From a virus (lineage: Duplodnaviria > Caudoviricetes), in the IMG/VR virus record IMGVR_UViG_3300027282_000090, positions 1 to 36,975 of that record: a stretch of 36,975 nt of DNA, one strand, 5' to 3'. The translations under genes and the position numbers were made by a program. This document shows positions 25,712-34,519 of the stretch, piece after piece (within the stretch, counting starts at the first letter, position 1; each line of letters starts with the position of its first letter). The notes beneath the pieces are model-generated. The model did no database searches, was not told the origin of the DNA, and saw only the letters and a program-made list of their open reading frames with translations.

Positions 25712-27721
25712 TCAGCCTCCCATGAATTGTGAATCTACCACAATGATGCTTTCGTCTTCGATTTCGATGTCGCCCTGATCGGCGGGATTGATCCGGTGTT
25801 TGATCCCGAGATAATCGGCTAGGCAGTTGATGGCGCACCAGTTGTCCCAGTAGTGATTTGCCCGGCTACCGATCTTCATCCAGTTGCCCTTTTCATCCCG
25901 GGCTTCGGAAATGAGCTGCTTGCAATATTCCTCTCCCGCATCCCGATAAAGATGAATACAGCCGGGAGTGTCTGGCTCAAGCGAGAGTTTGATGGCCATA
26001 TTGTCTTTGTAATACCTGGTGTTCATGCGGATGGCCCGGATCCCGCCGCCCGGGAGCGGTTGATCAGTACCCGGCATGTATTCCCGCTGGCTGAAGGCAT
26101 AAGGCTGGGTCATCACCCGGGCTGAGCCGAACACCGGAGTGATCAGCCCTTCATACTGGATGCAGAATTCAAGAACCTCCCTTGTCCGGTGGCCCAGCAT
26201 GTCGATGAAAGCATGTTCGATGATATGCCGCTGGCCGTCAGCATCGTAATATTCCGATCCCCAAAGAGTCTCGGCGATGGCCTCGAAGGAATTGAGCGGC
26301 CGGGCCAGGACCAGCCACTGCTCGTTTTTGAATCCCCAGCCGACCGCCCAGATGGAGAGATAGAACAGATCGTTGTCCTGGGTATCGATCGCCGTCAGGA
26401 GCGAAGCCACCCGTTCGCCACCGGGTAAAGTCCCTGCCGGGCGGTCATCGCGGAAAGAAAGGATCTTGTCGACCGGCTGAGCCTGCAGCTCAACTTTCCA
26501 TGGCAGGGAGCGGTGAGCGTTCTGGAAATCCTGATAGGCGTTGAATTGTTCCTCGGGACTCAGGCTCTTGTCCTTGCATTTGAGATAGGCACTGGCCACC
26601 TCGGAAAGCGAGACAAAATAAGAGGTCCAGGAAGGGACGATAAAGCCGATCGACTGCGGCCGCACCCTGTTGAGGTAATGAAACAGCTCCTCACCTTTGC
26701 CGCCATTCTCCATCCGTAACCGCCAGCCGCTTTTCATCGCCAGCTTGTTGGCGGTATGGCGGGCATCGTCGTCCCACATCCTGCGGCAGGAAGATTCCCG
26801 GCAGATATAACGGGCCAGCTTCTTAGCTTCGATCTCCTTGCGGTCAAGCGAATGGCCGTCTTCGCCCTTTGGCCACCAGAAGGTGTCGCTGGTGAACTCC
26901 ATGAGCTGCTCAGTCAGGCAATACGGGCAGATCGCCCAGTAAACGAAAACAGCCTGAGTTTCCTTGGTGATTTCGGTCCAGATGAAACCGTTCTCAGTCG
27001 AGGCGGAGGCCATGACCAGGATTTTCCGGTTTCGGTAGGAGCGGGTCCTGAGTTTGGCCAGATCGATGGTACTGGCTTCTGTTTCACTCGGCCGTTCGTT
27101 GTATTTGTCGACCTCGTCGAGCAGCAGGTACTTGATTGATCGATGAGCAAGCGAAGTGAGCGATCCGGCCCAGGCGACCCGGTGGTACATGGTGCGCAGC
27201 CGCAGCTTGTGTTTGGAGACGTCGTCCTTGCGGCCGGTCATCAATCGCTTGAGCTGGGGCGACTGTCTGTAGGACCGCTGGATCCGCTCTTCCATGATCT
27301 CGACCCCGGAGGTTTCCGTCGGATAGACATACAATGCCGGTCCCGGCTCAAAAACCGAGGACCAGGCAAGAGCAATAAGGCCGAAAGTTGTCTTGGTTGT
27401 TTGCGGAGCGGCACAGACGCCGATCTTGCGGACGAAGGGCAGGGCGTAAGCGTCGAGCATCCCGGCCAGGTGCGGTGTGATGTCCAGGTTGAAGAAGCTG
27501 TCTTCGAACGGACCGGCCGGGACCTTCATGCTGACCGGCGCCCACTTGGAAGGCATGATCTTTTCCCGCCGGCGGAGCACCTGGCGTTCGGCCGGCGAAA
27601 AGCGGAAACGATAAGTGGAGTTGTGCAGCAGGTGTTCCACCTGATTGCCGTTGCCGATAATTTTCCGGAGTGATCCGCGGCATCTCCGGATTTTTCCTGG
27701 TTCCTGGGATTGCAGTATCAT
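25712..27721 (-). CDS. terL: Terminase large subunit (lambda GpA family)
   Basis: TPHL, Walker A variant PQTTKTT, YVYPT, Walker B YLLLDEVD, CPYC, AIDTQD and NHYWD nuclease motifs. Confidence 0.93.
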   Translation of the reverse strand: MILQSQEPGKIRRCRGSLRKIIGNGNQVEHLLHNSTYRFRFSPAERQVLRRREKIMPSKWAPVSMKVPAGPFEDSFFNLDITPHLAGMLDAYALPFVRKIGVCAAPQTTKTTFGLIALAWSSVFEPGPALYVYPTETSGVEIMEERIQRSYRQSPQLKRLMTGRKDDVSKHKLRLRTMYHRVAWAGSLTSLAHRSIKYLLLDEVDKYNERPSETEASTIDLAKLRTRSYRNRKILVMASASTENGFIWTEITKETQAVFVYWAICPYCLTEQLMEFTSDTFWWPKGEDGHSLDRKEIEAKKLARYICRESSCRRMWDDDARHTANKLAMKSGWRLRMENGGKGEELFHYLNRVRPQSIGFIVPSWTSYFVSLSEVASAYLKCKDKSLSPEEQFNAYQDFQNAHRSLPWKVELQAQPVDKILSFRDDRPAGTLPGGERVASLLTAIDTQDNDLFYLSIWAVGWGFKNEQWLVLARPLNSFEAIAETLWGSEYYDADGQRHIIEHAFIDMLGHRTREVLEFCIQYEGLITPVFGSARVMTQPYAFSQREYMPGTDQPLPGGGIRAIRMNTRYYKDNMAIKLSLEPDTPGCIHLYRDAGEEYCKQLISEARDEKGNWMKIGSRANHYWDNWCAINCLADYLGIKHRINPADQGDIEIEDESIIVVDSQFMGG

Positions 27722-28524
27722 TGCGGTATTTCCTCGTCTTCAAAGAGCACTTCGAATTCATCGGTGGCGGCGAAGGTGTTGAGCAGGCCGTTCCAGATCT
27801 GGTTGATCAGATCAAGGAACTCCGCCAGCCGGGAAGAGTCTCCCTTCACTGCAGCAATGAGGGTTGCGGCTTCCATGTCGATCATCTGGCGAAAGCCGTT
27901 GTCGAGGGCAACTGCCCGCGCGGCCATCTCCAGGTACAGAGCTTCCCGCTCGATGAGCTGGGCCTGTTCCTTTTTGAACTTGAGGTTTGCGTGTTGATTG
28001 GAGATCCGCAGCTTCTCATTTTCAAGCCGTTGTTTTTCGACGGAAAGGGCCATGTCAGGCCCATCGGCGTCGACCGGTTCGCCGGTGCGCATGATGCCCT
28101 CGGCCTCGATATACTGCTTCACCAGCCGCCGGGAGTAGAATCCCAGGGTATTCACCCGGCACTTGCCCTGCTTGCAGTGCCGGTAAAAGGTGCGCTGGGT
28201 GAGGTCATAGCCCATGGCGATCAACTGGGCGAGCACATCGGCCTTGACTTTGGTTTCCCGGAAATCCCGCCATTCCGGCACCAGGGAGGAAGTGTCCTCG
28301 CTTTCGGGATCCTCCTGTTCGTCCGGCAGATATTTCAGGGCAAGGCGGTCCAGGGTTTCCTGGTAAAAAGCCGAGGCAACCTCATAGTCCTCTTTCGATT
28401 TTTTGCCCGGCGTGGAGGTGTAAGCCCGCATCGCGCTGATTTTGCCATTGTTGGCTACCGACAGTTCCGCCTTGTCTTCACGGCTGGCTAGATCGAGGAT
28501 TCTATGCAGCATGTCCTGAGTCAT
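27718..28524 (-). CDS. Putative terminase small subunit
   Basis: ATGA overlap with terL; HTH-like GYDLTQRTFYRH...G followed by coiled coil EKQRLENEKLR...QLIER, as in gpNu1-type proteins. Confidence 0.7.
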   Translation of the reverse strand: MTQDMLHRILDLASREDKAELSVANNGKISAMRAYTSTPGKKSKEDYEVASAFYQETLDRLALKYLPDEQEDPESEDTSSLVPEWRDFRETKVKADVLAQLIAMGYDLTQRTFYRHCKQGKCRVNTLGFYSRRLVKQYIEAEGIMRTGEPVDADGPDMALSVEKQRLENEKLRISNQHANLKFKKEQAQLIEREALYLEMAARAVALDNGFRQMIDMEAATLIAAVKGDSSRLAEFLDLINQIWNGLLNTFAATDEFEVLFEDEEIPQ

Positions 28525-28538
28525 TGGTATCAGCCTTG

Positions 28539-29018
28539 TTATGCGCCGGTTTCCGGCGGAAATTGATCCATCTCGATCGCATCGGCCCAATCAACTTCTA
28601 TTTCAAAGCCGACGCTGGCGTTGTATCGACTAGGCTTGAGCTCATGACAGACGAAGGGCAGGCCCATCTTTTTCGCAAGCTTCAGCTCGTTGGCGGTGCC
28701 CTTGCTTTCACCGTCGTGAATGAAGATGGCACAATCGCAATCGTCAAAAACGGATCGGCTTCGGTGTTCGAATGCCCCACGAAGATATCGGAAATTGAGA
28801 AAATGCAGTTTGAGCGGGATCGCCTTTTCCTTGCAGAGCTTTCGAGCGACTTCGCAGACTCCTTCAGGTTCGGCATGGGTGACGATCTCGGTAATTCCTT
28901 TATCGTCGATCTCTTCGAGTAGAATGATTTTTACTCGTTCGTCATCAAGGGTTCGGCTGCCGCAGACGGCGAGGCGTTTTCCGGATTGCGAACTTTGCGG
29001 TTTTTCTGTAGATTCCAT
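28539..29018 (-). CDS. YspA/DUF2493-like SLOG-family protein
   Basis: RLAVCGSR...EIV...EG....A...K.IP...D.AIFIHDGESKGT.....A...G.P; GGAGG ribosome-binding site before MESTEK. Confidence 0.75.
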   Translation of the reverse strand: MESTEKPQSSQSGKRLAVCGSRTLDDERVKIILLEEIDDKGITEIVTHAEPEGVCEVARKLCKEKAIPLKLHFLNFRYLRGAFEHRSRSVFDDCDCAIFIHDGESKGTANELKLAKKMGLPFVCHELKPSRYNASVGFEIEVDWADAIEMDQFPPETGA

Positions 29019-29054
29019 TTTTCCCTCCGCGTTGCTCAATTTGTTATATGGCTG

Positions 29055-29087
29055 TTGATAAAACGTTATAAAATGTTATAATTTTAT
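29055..29087 (+). promoter_or_regulatory. Toxin-antitoxin promoter and operator
   Basis: TTGATA (29055-29060), 16-bp spacer, TATAAT (29077-29082) preceded by TGn; palindrome ATAAAAT-N6-ATTTTAT at 29068-29087. Confidence 0.7.
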
Positions 29088-29346
29088 GAATGAAATAGTC
29101 TGGCACAACCGGGCACGTAAGCAGATCAAGAAGATACCGGCGCAATATCGTCAGGCAATCATCGATCATGTTGGTAAATTGGAAGATTTTCCAGAAAATC
29201 AAGGGCTTGATGTCAAGGAACTCAAAGGGCACCAGTATGGATTCCGGCTTCGAGTCGGCCGGTATCGCGTGCTTTTCGATCATGATGGTGGCATCAGGAT
29301 CGTAATGATCCAGGAGGTAAAAAAGAGAGATGAGCGCACATATTGA
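29086..29346 (+). CDS. Type II toxin, RelE/ParE superfamily (RelE/HigB-like)
   Basis: A.KQIKKI...VKELKG...FRLRVGRYRVLF...I.I.EVKKRD. Confidence 0.92.
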   Translation: MNEIVWHNRARKQIKKIPAQYRQAIIDHVGKLEDFPENQGLDVKELKGHQYGFRLRVGRYRVLFDHDGGIRIVMIQEVKKRDERTY

Positions 29347-29674
29347 ACCGCAGATAATTAAAATCAAAGGCAAGCCTGCTTTTGCCGTCATACCCTGGCA
29401 GGAATACCAGAAGCTGACCGGCAAGACGGAAGAACCGGATGAAGCTGATGTATGGTTTCCGCATGATGTGGTAGCCGCCAATGTCCGGGGTGACAGCCTG
29501 GTCAAAGCATGGCGGGAACATTTCGGTCTCAGCCAGACCGAGTTGGCGGAACGAGCTGGAATGAAACAGTCCGCATTGGCAAGGCTCGAAACTGGAGCAG
29601 TTGCCCCGAGACGTACAACTCTTGCCAAACTTGCCAAAGCCATGGATTTGGATGTAGACCAGTTGATCGACTGA
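29330..29674 (+). CDS. Cognate antitoxin with an Xre HTH (HigA-like)
   Basis: GKPAFAVIP..EY N-terminus; AWRE..GLSQ.ELA.RAGMKQSALARLE.G...P...TL.KLA; overlaps the toxin gene. Confidence 0.92.
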   Translation: MSAHIEPQIIKIKGKPAFAVIPWQEYQKLTGKTEEPDEADVWFPHDVVAANVRGDSLVKAWREHFGLSQTELAERAGMKQSALARLETGAVAPRRTTLAKLAKAMDLDVDQLID

Positions 29675-29675
29675 T

Positions 29676-31124
29676 TCACGCCACCGCCTCCCCCCGCCGG
29701 ATGTACGCCCCGGCAAAAACTTCCTTGAAGTCTACCGTCAACAGAGCGGCCTGTTCCCGTTCCGTTTGACTCATCGTCTTGCAGGCCGCCTGCAGGCGTT
29801 CCAGTTCCAAGTCCGAGAAAACAACCATTCCCGCATCGGTTAATTCGTTCCACAATTCACGGCTGTCGGTGATGTGGCACTCCCGGCCATCGGCCAGGGT
29901 GAGGATCCGGTGCTGGACTTCCGCTTCAACAGGTTCGGAGGCTTCAGGAGTTTTTTCCGGCTGTATCTGTTCGGTCCCTTCTGCCTTGATCTCATTCTCC
30001 GGCTTGCTGTCCATCCGTCTGGCAAGACCTACAGGCAGTCCACTGAGGATCCACGAGCGAATGTCCACACCTTTGCCGAAGGCCTCGCCGGGATCCTTGG
30101 CCACCGGTACCGGCCACCGCTTGTTGCGTCGGAAGGTCCGCATCCACCAGTCCTGCTCGTTCGTTCCGGCCTTGTCGAAATCAAGAGCATTGAGGATGCA
30201 ATGTGACTTCTGCAGGATGGCGGTTGCCCGGCTGTCCGGCTTGGCGGCACTGTTCCAGGTGGTCACCGCTCCCAGTTTGCCCTCGAACCGGCTTGCAATG
30301 AGGATCGCGTCGAATCCCGATTCCACCACGACATGGGCGAGGGACTCCGGATGCAGAACCATGGTGGCGAGCGACGAACCTTTGACCACCAGGTACTTGA
30401 TGTTCGGCATGAAGGTCTCGATGTCCTCATCCCGGCGGCGGATCCGCAGCTGATGAACGGTACCGTCCGATCCAAACATCGGGATAACCCAGCCACGAGG
30501 CAGCCAGAGCTTTTTCTCCCTGCTTTTGCCGCTCTTCTCCGCAGCCAGCCCCCATCTCGACATCGGTCGGTATCGGTCCTTCCCCTGGGAGGATTCGTTG
30601 TAGCCGAGTTGGTAATCCTTCACAGCCTGGAGATCGATCCCCCGTTTGGCCAGCCAGTCAAGCGCATCCGGCCGGTCAAGCAGCCGGGCATGGCAGTCGG
30701 CAAGAAAGGCGGTGGCCCGTTCCGACCAGAGCGCAGAAGGCGGATCGTAGATTTTCGGTTCGTGCGTATTCCCGAGAGCGGGCGGAATTTTCGGTGTGGA
30801 AAACTTTTGCGGAGAAACAAAGCTTTTGGCGTCCGGCAGGTGGATCCCCAAAAAGGCGCAAGCCTCGCGGAAGTTCATCCTGTCGAAATCGATAAGAAAC
30901 TGGATGGTATCGCCGTTTTTGCCGCACTGCCGGCACCAGAACCGGCCCGGAGTCCTCCCGCTGCCGCTGGTTTTCTCGGGCCAGACATGAAACCGGTCTG
31001 AGTTCCGCCCCTTCCCACCGTCACCGCAACCAGGGCATGCGGAATGATACTCGCCGCCATGGGCACTTGATGCCCTACGCCACGAAATTCCTTTTTTATC
31101 GAGCAACGTCAGTAAATTATTCAT
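29676..31124 (-). CDS. DNA primase (zinc ribbon plus TOPRIM)
   Basis: CPGCG...DRF...FWCRQCG.NGD zinc ribbon; AL.WL.KRGI; TOPRIM VVESGFDA and LDFD.AG; KDPGE. Confidence 0.9.
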   Translation of the reverse strand: MNNLLTLLDKKGISWRRASSAHGGEYHSACPGCGDGGKGRNSDRFHVWPEKTSGSGRTPGRFWCRQCGKNGDTIQFLIDFDRMNFREACAFLGIHLPDAKSFVSPQKFSTPKIPPALGNTHEPKIYDPPSALWSERATAFLADCHARLLDRPDALDWLAKRGIDLQAVKDYQLGYNESSQGKDRYRPMSRWGLAAEKSGKSREKKLWLPRGWVIPMFGSDGTVHQLRIRRRDEDIETFMPNIKYLVVKGSSLATMVLHPESLAHVVVESGFDAILIASRFEGKLGAVTTWNSAAKPDSRATAILQKSHCILNALDFDKAGTNEQDWWMRTFRRNKRWPVPVAKDPGEAFGKGVDIRSWILSGLPVGLARRMDSKPENEIKAEGTEQIQPEKTPEASEPVEAEVQHRILTLADGRECHITDSRELWNELTDAGMVVFSDLELERLQAACKTMSQTEREQAALLTVDFKEVFAGAYIRRGEAVA

Positions 31125-31274
31125 ATTTTCTTTTTTCTTTTTTTCTTTTTTTTATACGTAGGGGATAGAGAGGAAAAAAAGATAAAAAAACGCGCGCGCG
31201 ACCATACCCCGCTTACATTAAAACTTTGTCAACCAATCCTCTTATCCCCCCTTCCCCAGGGCGAAAGCATCCCG
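31125..31274. other. Candidate phage replication origin
   Basis: Intergenic T-tracts (31126-31153), A-tracts (31174-31190), (CG)5 at 31191-31200 and an imperfect inverted repeat 31161-31174 / 31237-31249, between helicase and primase. Confidence 0.55.
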
Positions 31275-32912
31275 CTAATCCTCCGTAAGCCCTGCCGCAG
31301 CAAGGATTTTCGCGTGATATTCGGCCGTCAGGTCAAGGTCATGATAGAAGGTCCGGCCGTTCGAGACGGTCACCCCGAATTCCTCTCTTGCCTTCAGTTT
31401 GGTGCCGAACATCTTCTGTGACGGCGTGAACCTTTCCTTCTTGTTAACGGTCTGCTGGTACCATAGGGTAAAGGCAATATAGAGGTCGGTGGCGTTAACC
31501 CTGGCCCCTGACTGGCGGAGACAGGCGGTTTCGAGGAACTGACCGATATAGTCTTCTTCCTTGCGGTATTCCTCCGTCGACTTCTTCACCGATTCCGGCG
31601 GATGCAGGAGCTTTGCTTCCTGCCATTTCAGGCAGCCTTTAACCAGCCAGGCCAGAATCGCCGGGCCAATCTGTCGTAGTTTTTCCGGCAGCAGGGTATC
31701 AGCTTTTCGTTCGTTTTCGGTGGCCGGATCCCGGTTTACGAAGCTGATCAGGTGGCGTATCAGAAAGCATCTTTCCCAAAAGGCCATGTCGCCGACAGGT
31801 GCCCCCGGTTCATGGTTGGTCAAGAGCAGAAGGAGATGAGTCGGCTTGAACTTGGTCGGGTGTTTGTCATACAGTCCGCGGGCGGTGATGGTATCACCGC
31901 CGGTCAATCGTTTGACGGTCGATGCTGAAAACTTCCTCCCTTCATCAGTCTCTGAGGCGATGGCGATCCGCAGGCCCTTCAGGGCCATGAGTTCCGGGTT
32001 CGACTGGTTGGCATTGTTCGGCCGGTTGCTGTCGAGGAGCAGCTCCGGCGGAACGACACTTGCGTAATCGCCCATGACATGGGTGATGGCCTCGACCATT
32101 ATTGATTTGCCATTCCGGCCCCGGCCGATCAGGACAGGAAAGACGTGCTCGCTGACGATGCCGGTGATCCCATAGCCGAACAACCGCTGCATAAAGGCGA
32201 TCATGTCTTCGTCGTTGTTGTAAATCTGCCTGAGGGTATCCTCCCAGAGAGACTGGTCGACGTCGAGGCCCAGGTACTCGACCCCGCACCGCTTCAACAC
32301 GTAATCTTCCGGCCTGCCGTCTTCCACTTCGCCGGTGACCAGATTAATGACGCCGTTCTGGCAGCCGAGCAGCCACGGATTGAGATCGAACTCGGTGCCG
32401 GCGATCGCCAGCTGGTTCACCGGATTGGTATGGGCGAATTTAAGGCAGTTGCTCCGGCCGGTGTCCTTGCGCAGGCCGCGGATCCGCGAGGCGATCTTTT
32501 CGATCTGCTTGTTGACTGCGGCGCTCACCTGCTTGATGTGATCATTGTCCCCGGTCTTCACCGCCTTGGTGATCTTCTCCTGGAGCAAGGGAATTTCGGC
32601 CGCATACCTCTGGGCCACCGCTTCGACCGAGGAGACCGCCTTATCCAGATCGTCCCGCCGCCAGGTGTGCCGATCCCAAACAAACCACTGCGCGGAATTC
32701 TTGGCGTAGACGATTTTGCCCTTGTGTAAGGCGGCATACAGGATGCCGTCGCCGAGCTGCTCGGACTGCAGGCACTCCATGACGAATTCCGACGTAATCT
32801 CATCCGTCGGCGGTTCTTTTTTCCCGTTTACCCGCTGGGCTCTTTCCTGCAATACCCGTTGGTCCACCTGACTTCTGATAGATTCTGTGTCCTGCATGCA
32901 TGCGTTTTCCAT
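31275..32912 (-). CDS. SF3 helicase, D5 / P4 primase C-terminal family
   Basis: D5_N-like WFVWD..TW..D and NGVINL.TG; Walker A GRGRNGKS; L.GLR.AIASE; VKRLTGGD.ITAR.LY; TNH.P. Confidence 0.93.
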   Translation of the reverse strand: MENACMQDTESIRSQVDQRVLQERAQRVNGKKEPPTDEITSEFVMECLQSEQLGDGILYAALHKGKIVYAKNSAQWFVWDRHTWRRDDLDKAVSSVEAVAQRYAAEIPLLQEKITKAVKTGDNDHIKQVSAAVNKQIEKIASRIRGLRKDTGRSNCLKFAHTNPVNQLAIAGTEFDLNPWLLGCQNGVINLVTGEVEDGRPEDYVLKRCGVEYLGLDVDQSLWEDTLRQIYNNDEDMIAFMQRLFGYGITGIVSEHVFPVLIGRGRNGKSIMVEAITHVMGDYASVVPPELLLDSNRPNNANQSNPELMALKGLRIAIASETDEGRKFSASTVKRLTGGDTITARGLYDKHPTKFKPTHLLLLLTNHEPGAPVGDMAFWERCFLIRHLISFVNRDPATENERKADTLLPEKLRQIGPAILAWLVKGCLKWQEAKLLHPPESVKKSTEEYRKEEDYIGQFLETACLRQSGARVNATDLYIAFTLWYQQTVNKKERFTPSQKMFGTKLKAREEFGVTVSNGRTFYHDLDLTAEYHAKILAAAGLTED

Positions 32913-33020
32913 TCATCAATTTTCCTTATAATTCGAGTTAAAAAGGATCCTTGCATAATCTAGCCGCCCCGCTTTCCCCCCGAGCTCTGGACATGATCTG
33001 GTCCACCTGGTCGGGGTCGG

Positions 33021-33124
33021 GAAATTGCCGGAATTGCCAAGTTGCCATCGAAACAAAAACTTCACAGCCGTCCAAGCGTCGCGGTGTCCCTGCCCGATAG
33101 GGGTCGACCTCTGGAAAGGACCCG
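33021..33124 (-). other. Lambda-like cos packaging site (cosQ, cosN and cosB-like elements)
   Basis: - strand reads CGGGTCCTTTCC, 17 nt, GGGCAGGGACAC, CGCG; compare lambda CGGGTCCTTTCC...GGGCGGCGACCT-CGCG; three TTGCC repeats at 33025-33046. Confidence 0.7.
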
Positions 33125-33277
33125 CCGGTCCGGGGGGTGGTTGTCGTCTTTGCCGGGGTCTTCCCGGGGAGAGGGAGAGAGGGGAGGCGGAACGCCACGG
33201 TCGTCTTCCGAAGCAGACAGGGCAGGCGGCAAACGAATGCTGTGGTCACCAATCCAACACCCGACGTGTATCTGAAC

Positions 33278-33622
33278 TCATCTCGATCTCTCCAGCAGGC
33301 CGGGACCGGCCAGCTTGTCGAGGTTGTGCTTTCTCGTCTTGTCGCCCAGGGCAGATAAGGAGGTGGTCTTCTTCGGGGCTGGTACGGAATTCTGCTTCTT
33401 CGCCCGAAAGGCCTTAAACCGATTCTGCGCCAGAATCTCCGGGTTGCTCCAGTGCATTCGAGCGAAGCGGGCACGCATGGCCTCGGGTGATACCTTGACG
33501 ACCTGGGCCAGATCCCGAAGGAAGTACCAGATCCCGTTGTCGCAGAGTACCATCAGCTCCGTACCCGTGGGAGTCTTGGCCAGCACCGGTGGTTTGATGA
33601 TTCGTTTCGGTTTGGGGATCAT
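33278..33622 (-). CDS. Hypothetical basic protein, possibly DNA-binding
   Basis: 114 aa starting MIPKPK; LRDLAQVVKVSPEAMRAR is HTH-like; tightly packed in the early operon. Confidence 0.55.
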   Translation of the reverse strand: MIPKPKRIIKPPVLAKTPTGTELMVLCDNGIWYFLRDLAQVVKVSPEAMRARFARMHWSNPEILAQNRFKAFRAKKQNSVPAPKKTTSLSALGDKTRKHNLDKLAGPGLLERSR

Positions 33623-33626
33623 TGCG

Positions 33627-33875
33627 TTACGCCGTGCGACCAGTACCGTTGCAATCCCGGCATTTCGGGTTGTGGCTATGCACCCGCTTTGTTCCACCGC
33701 AGGTATCGCAAACGACATGCAGGCGAGCCTCAAGTATTGGCCGCAACACGCTTTCGACAGCCTGTCGCATTTCCTCGTCCAGAGTGATATCACCATAATC
33801 AGTGCTGATGGTGTGAGATGTACCTAGCTGTTTTAACAGACAATATCGTATTTGATTTTCGTGCATAACAATCAC
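33627..33875 (-). CDS. Small protein with a DnaJ-type zinc finger
   Basis: CDTCGGT...CRDCNGTG (CxxCxGxG-type pair); GTGA overlap with the upstream gene. Confidence 0.7.
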   Translation of the reverse strand: MIVMHENQIRYCLLKQLGTSHTISTDYGDITLDEEMRQAVESVLRPILEARLHVVCDTCGGTKRVHSHNPKCRDCNGTGRTA

Positions 33876-34186
33876 TCCAACTGACCCGGAGAAACAGCGG
33901 TGATATTGGCCGAGTCCGTGGCCGGTCCGCCGAGTTTGTCGTTATCCTGTGCATGCCATGGTGAAGAAAACCCCGATGCCGCCCTGCTTGCGATGACTGC
34001 GGGCAAAGGGGTTTGAGGGCTTGAGAGGAGGGTGTAAGGAGCGTCAGATAGGGCAGGATTAAAACCGGCCGGTGCAGCAGGGTCTGACACCGACTCGGCG
34101 AGGGTAATCATGAAACTGATGATCATTGAGGCAAAGATCACGAGAGTAATCAGCGACTGCAGCCACTCGACAATAAGCTTTTTCAT
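33872..34186 (-). CDS. Hypothetical membrane protein
   Basis: N-terminal hydrophobic helix LITLVIFASMIISFMITLA followed by a Pro/Ala/Ser-rich tail; 4-nt overlaps with genes on both sides. Confidence 0.55.
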   Translation of the reverse strand: MKKLIVEWLQSLITLVIFASMIISFMITLAESVSDPAAPAGFNPALSDAPYTLLSSPQTPLPAVIASRAASGFSSPWHAQDNDKLGGPATDSANITAVSPGQLE

Positions 34187-34509
34187 ATGACGGTTACCTG
34201 TCGGCCTCTGTACGGCTTTTTCTGGTAGCCGGCGGCGACAAATTCACGCAGGTGGCGGCGCAGGATCCTGATATCGCCCTTTGGATTGTCACCAAGCCGG
34301 GTGAAAGGGATAAACTTCTTGATAACCACCCAATCCCGCAGAGTGTGGTAATTGACCTTTATTTCATTGGCGGCTTCCTTGATGGTAAGATATTCGTCCA
34401 TAGGATTGGCTTTGTTGGCGATCTTCACTCCTGAGGATTTGATAAGCGCCTCGAGGAGGTTGACGATCTCGGGGGTAGGCTCGATTTGGATGATGATCTT
34501 CTTGTCCAT
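34183..34509 (-). CDS. Excisionase-like HTH protein
   Basis: EYLTIKEAA.EIKV.Y.TLRDW...IPF.RLG....IRI.R..L.EF. Confidence 0.8.
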   Translation of the reverse strand: MDKKIIIQIEPTPEIVNLLEALIKSSGVKIANKANPMDEYLTIKEAANEIKVNYHTLRDWVVIKKFIPFTRLGDNPKGDIRILRRHLREFVAAGYQKKPYRGRQVTVI

Positions 34510-34519
34510 GATGTCCGTC

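Noticed and set aside
29044-29853. 269-aa - strand ORF across the toxin-antitoxin module
   Set aside because: Antisense shadow of two well-supported + strand genes
32938-33474. ORFs of 73-178 aa spanning the cos region
   Set aside because: Low-complexity Arg/Pro/Gly translations on both strands; the region is better explained as non-coding packaging signal
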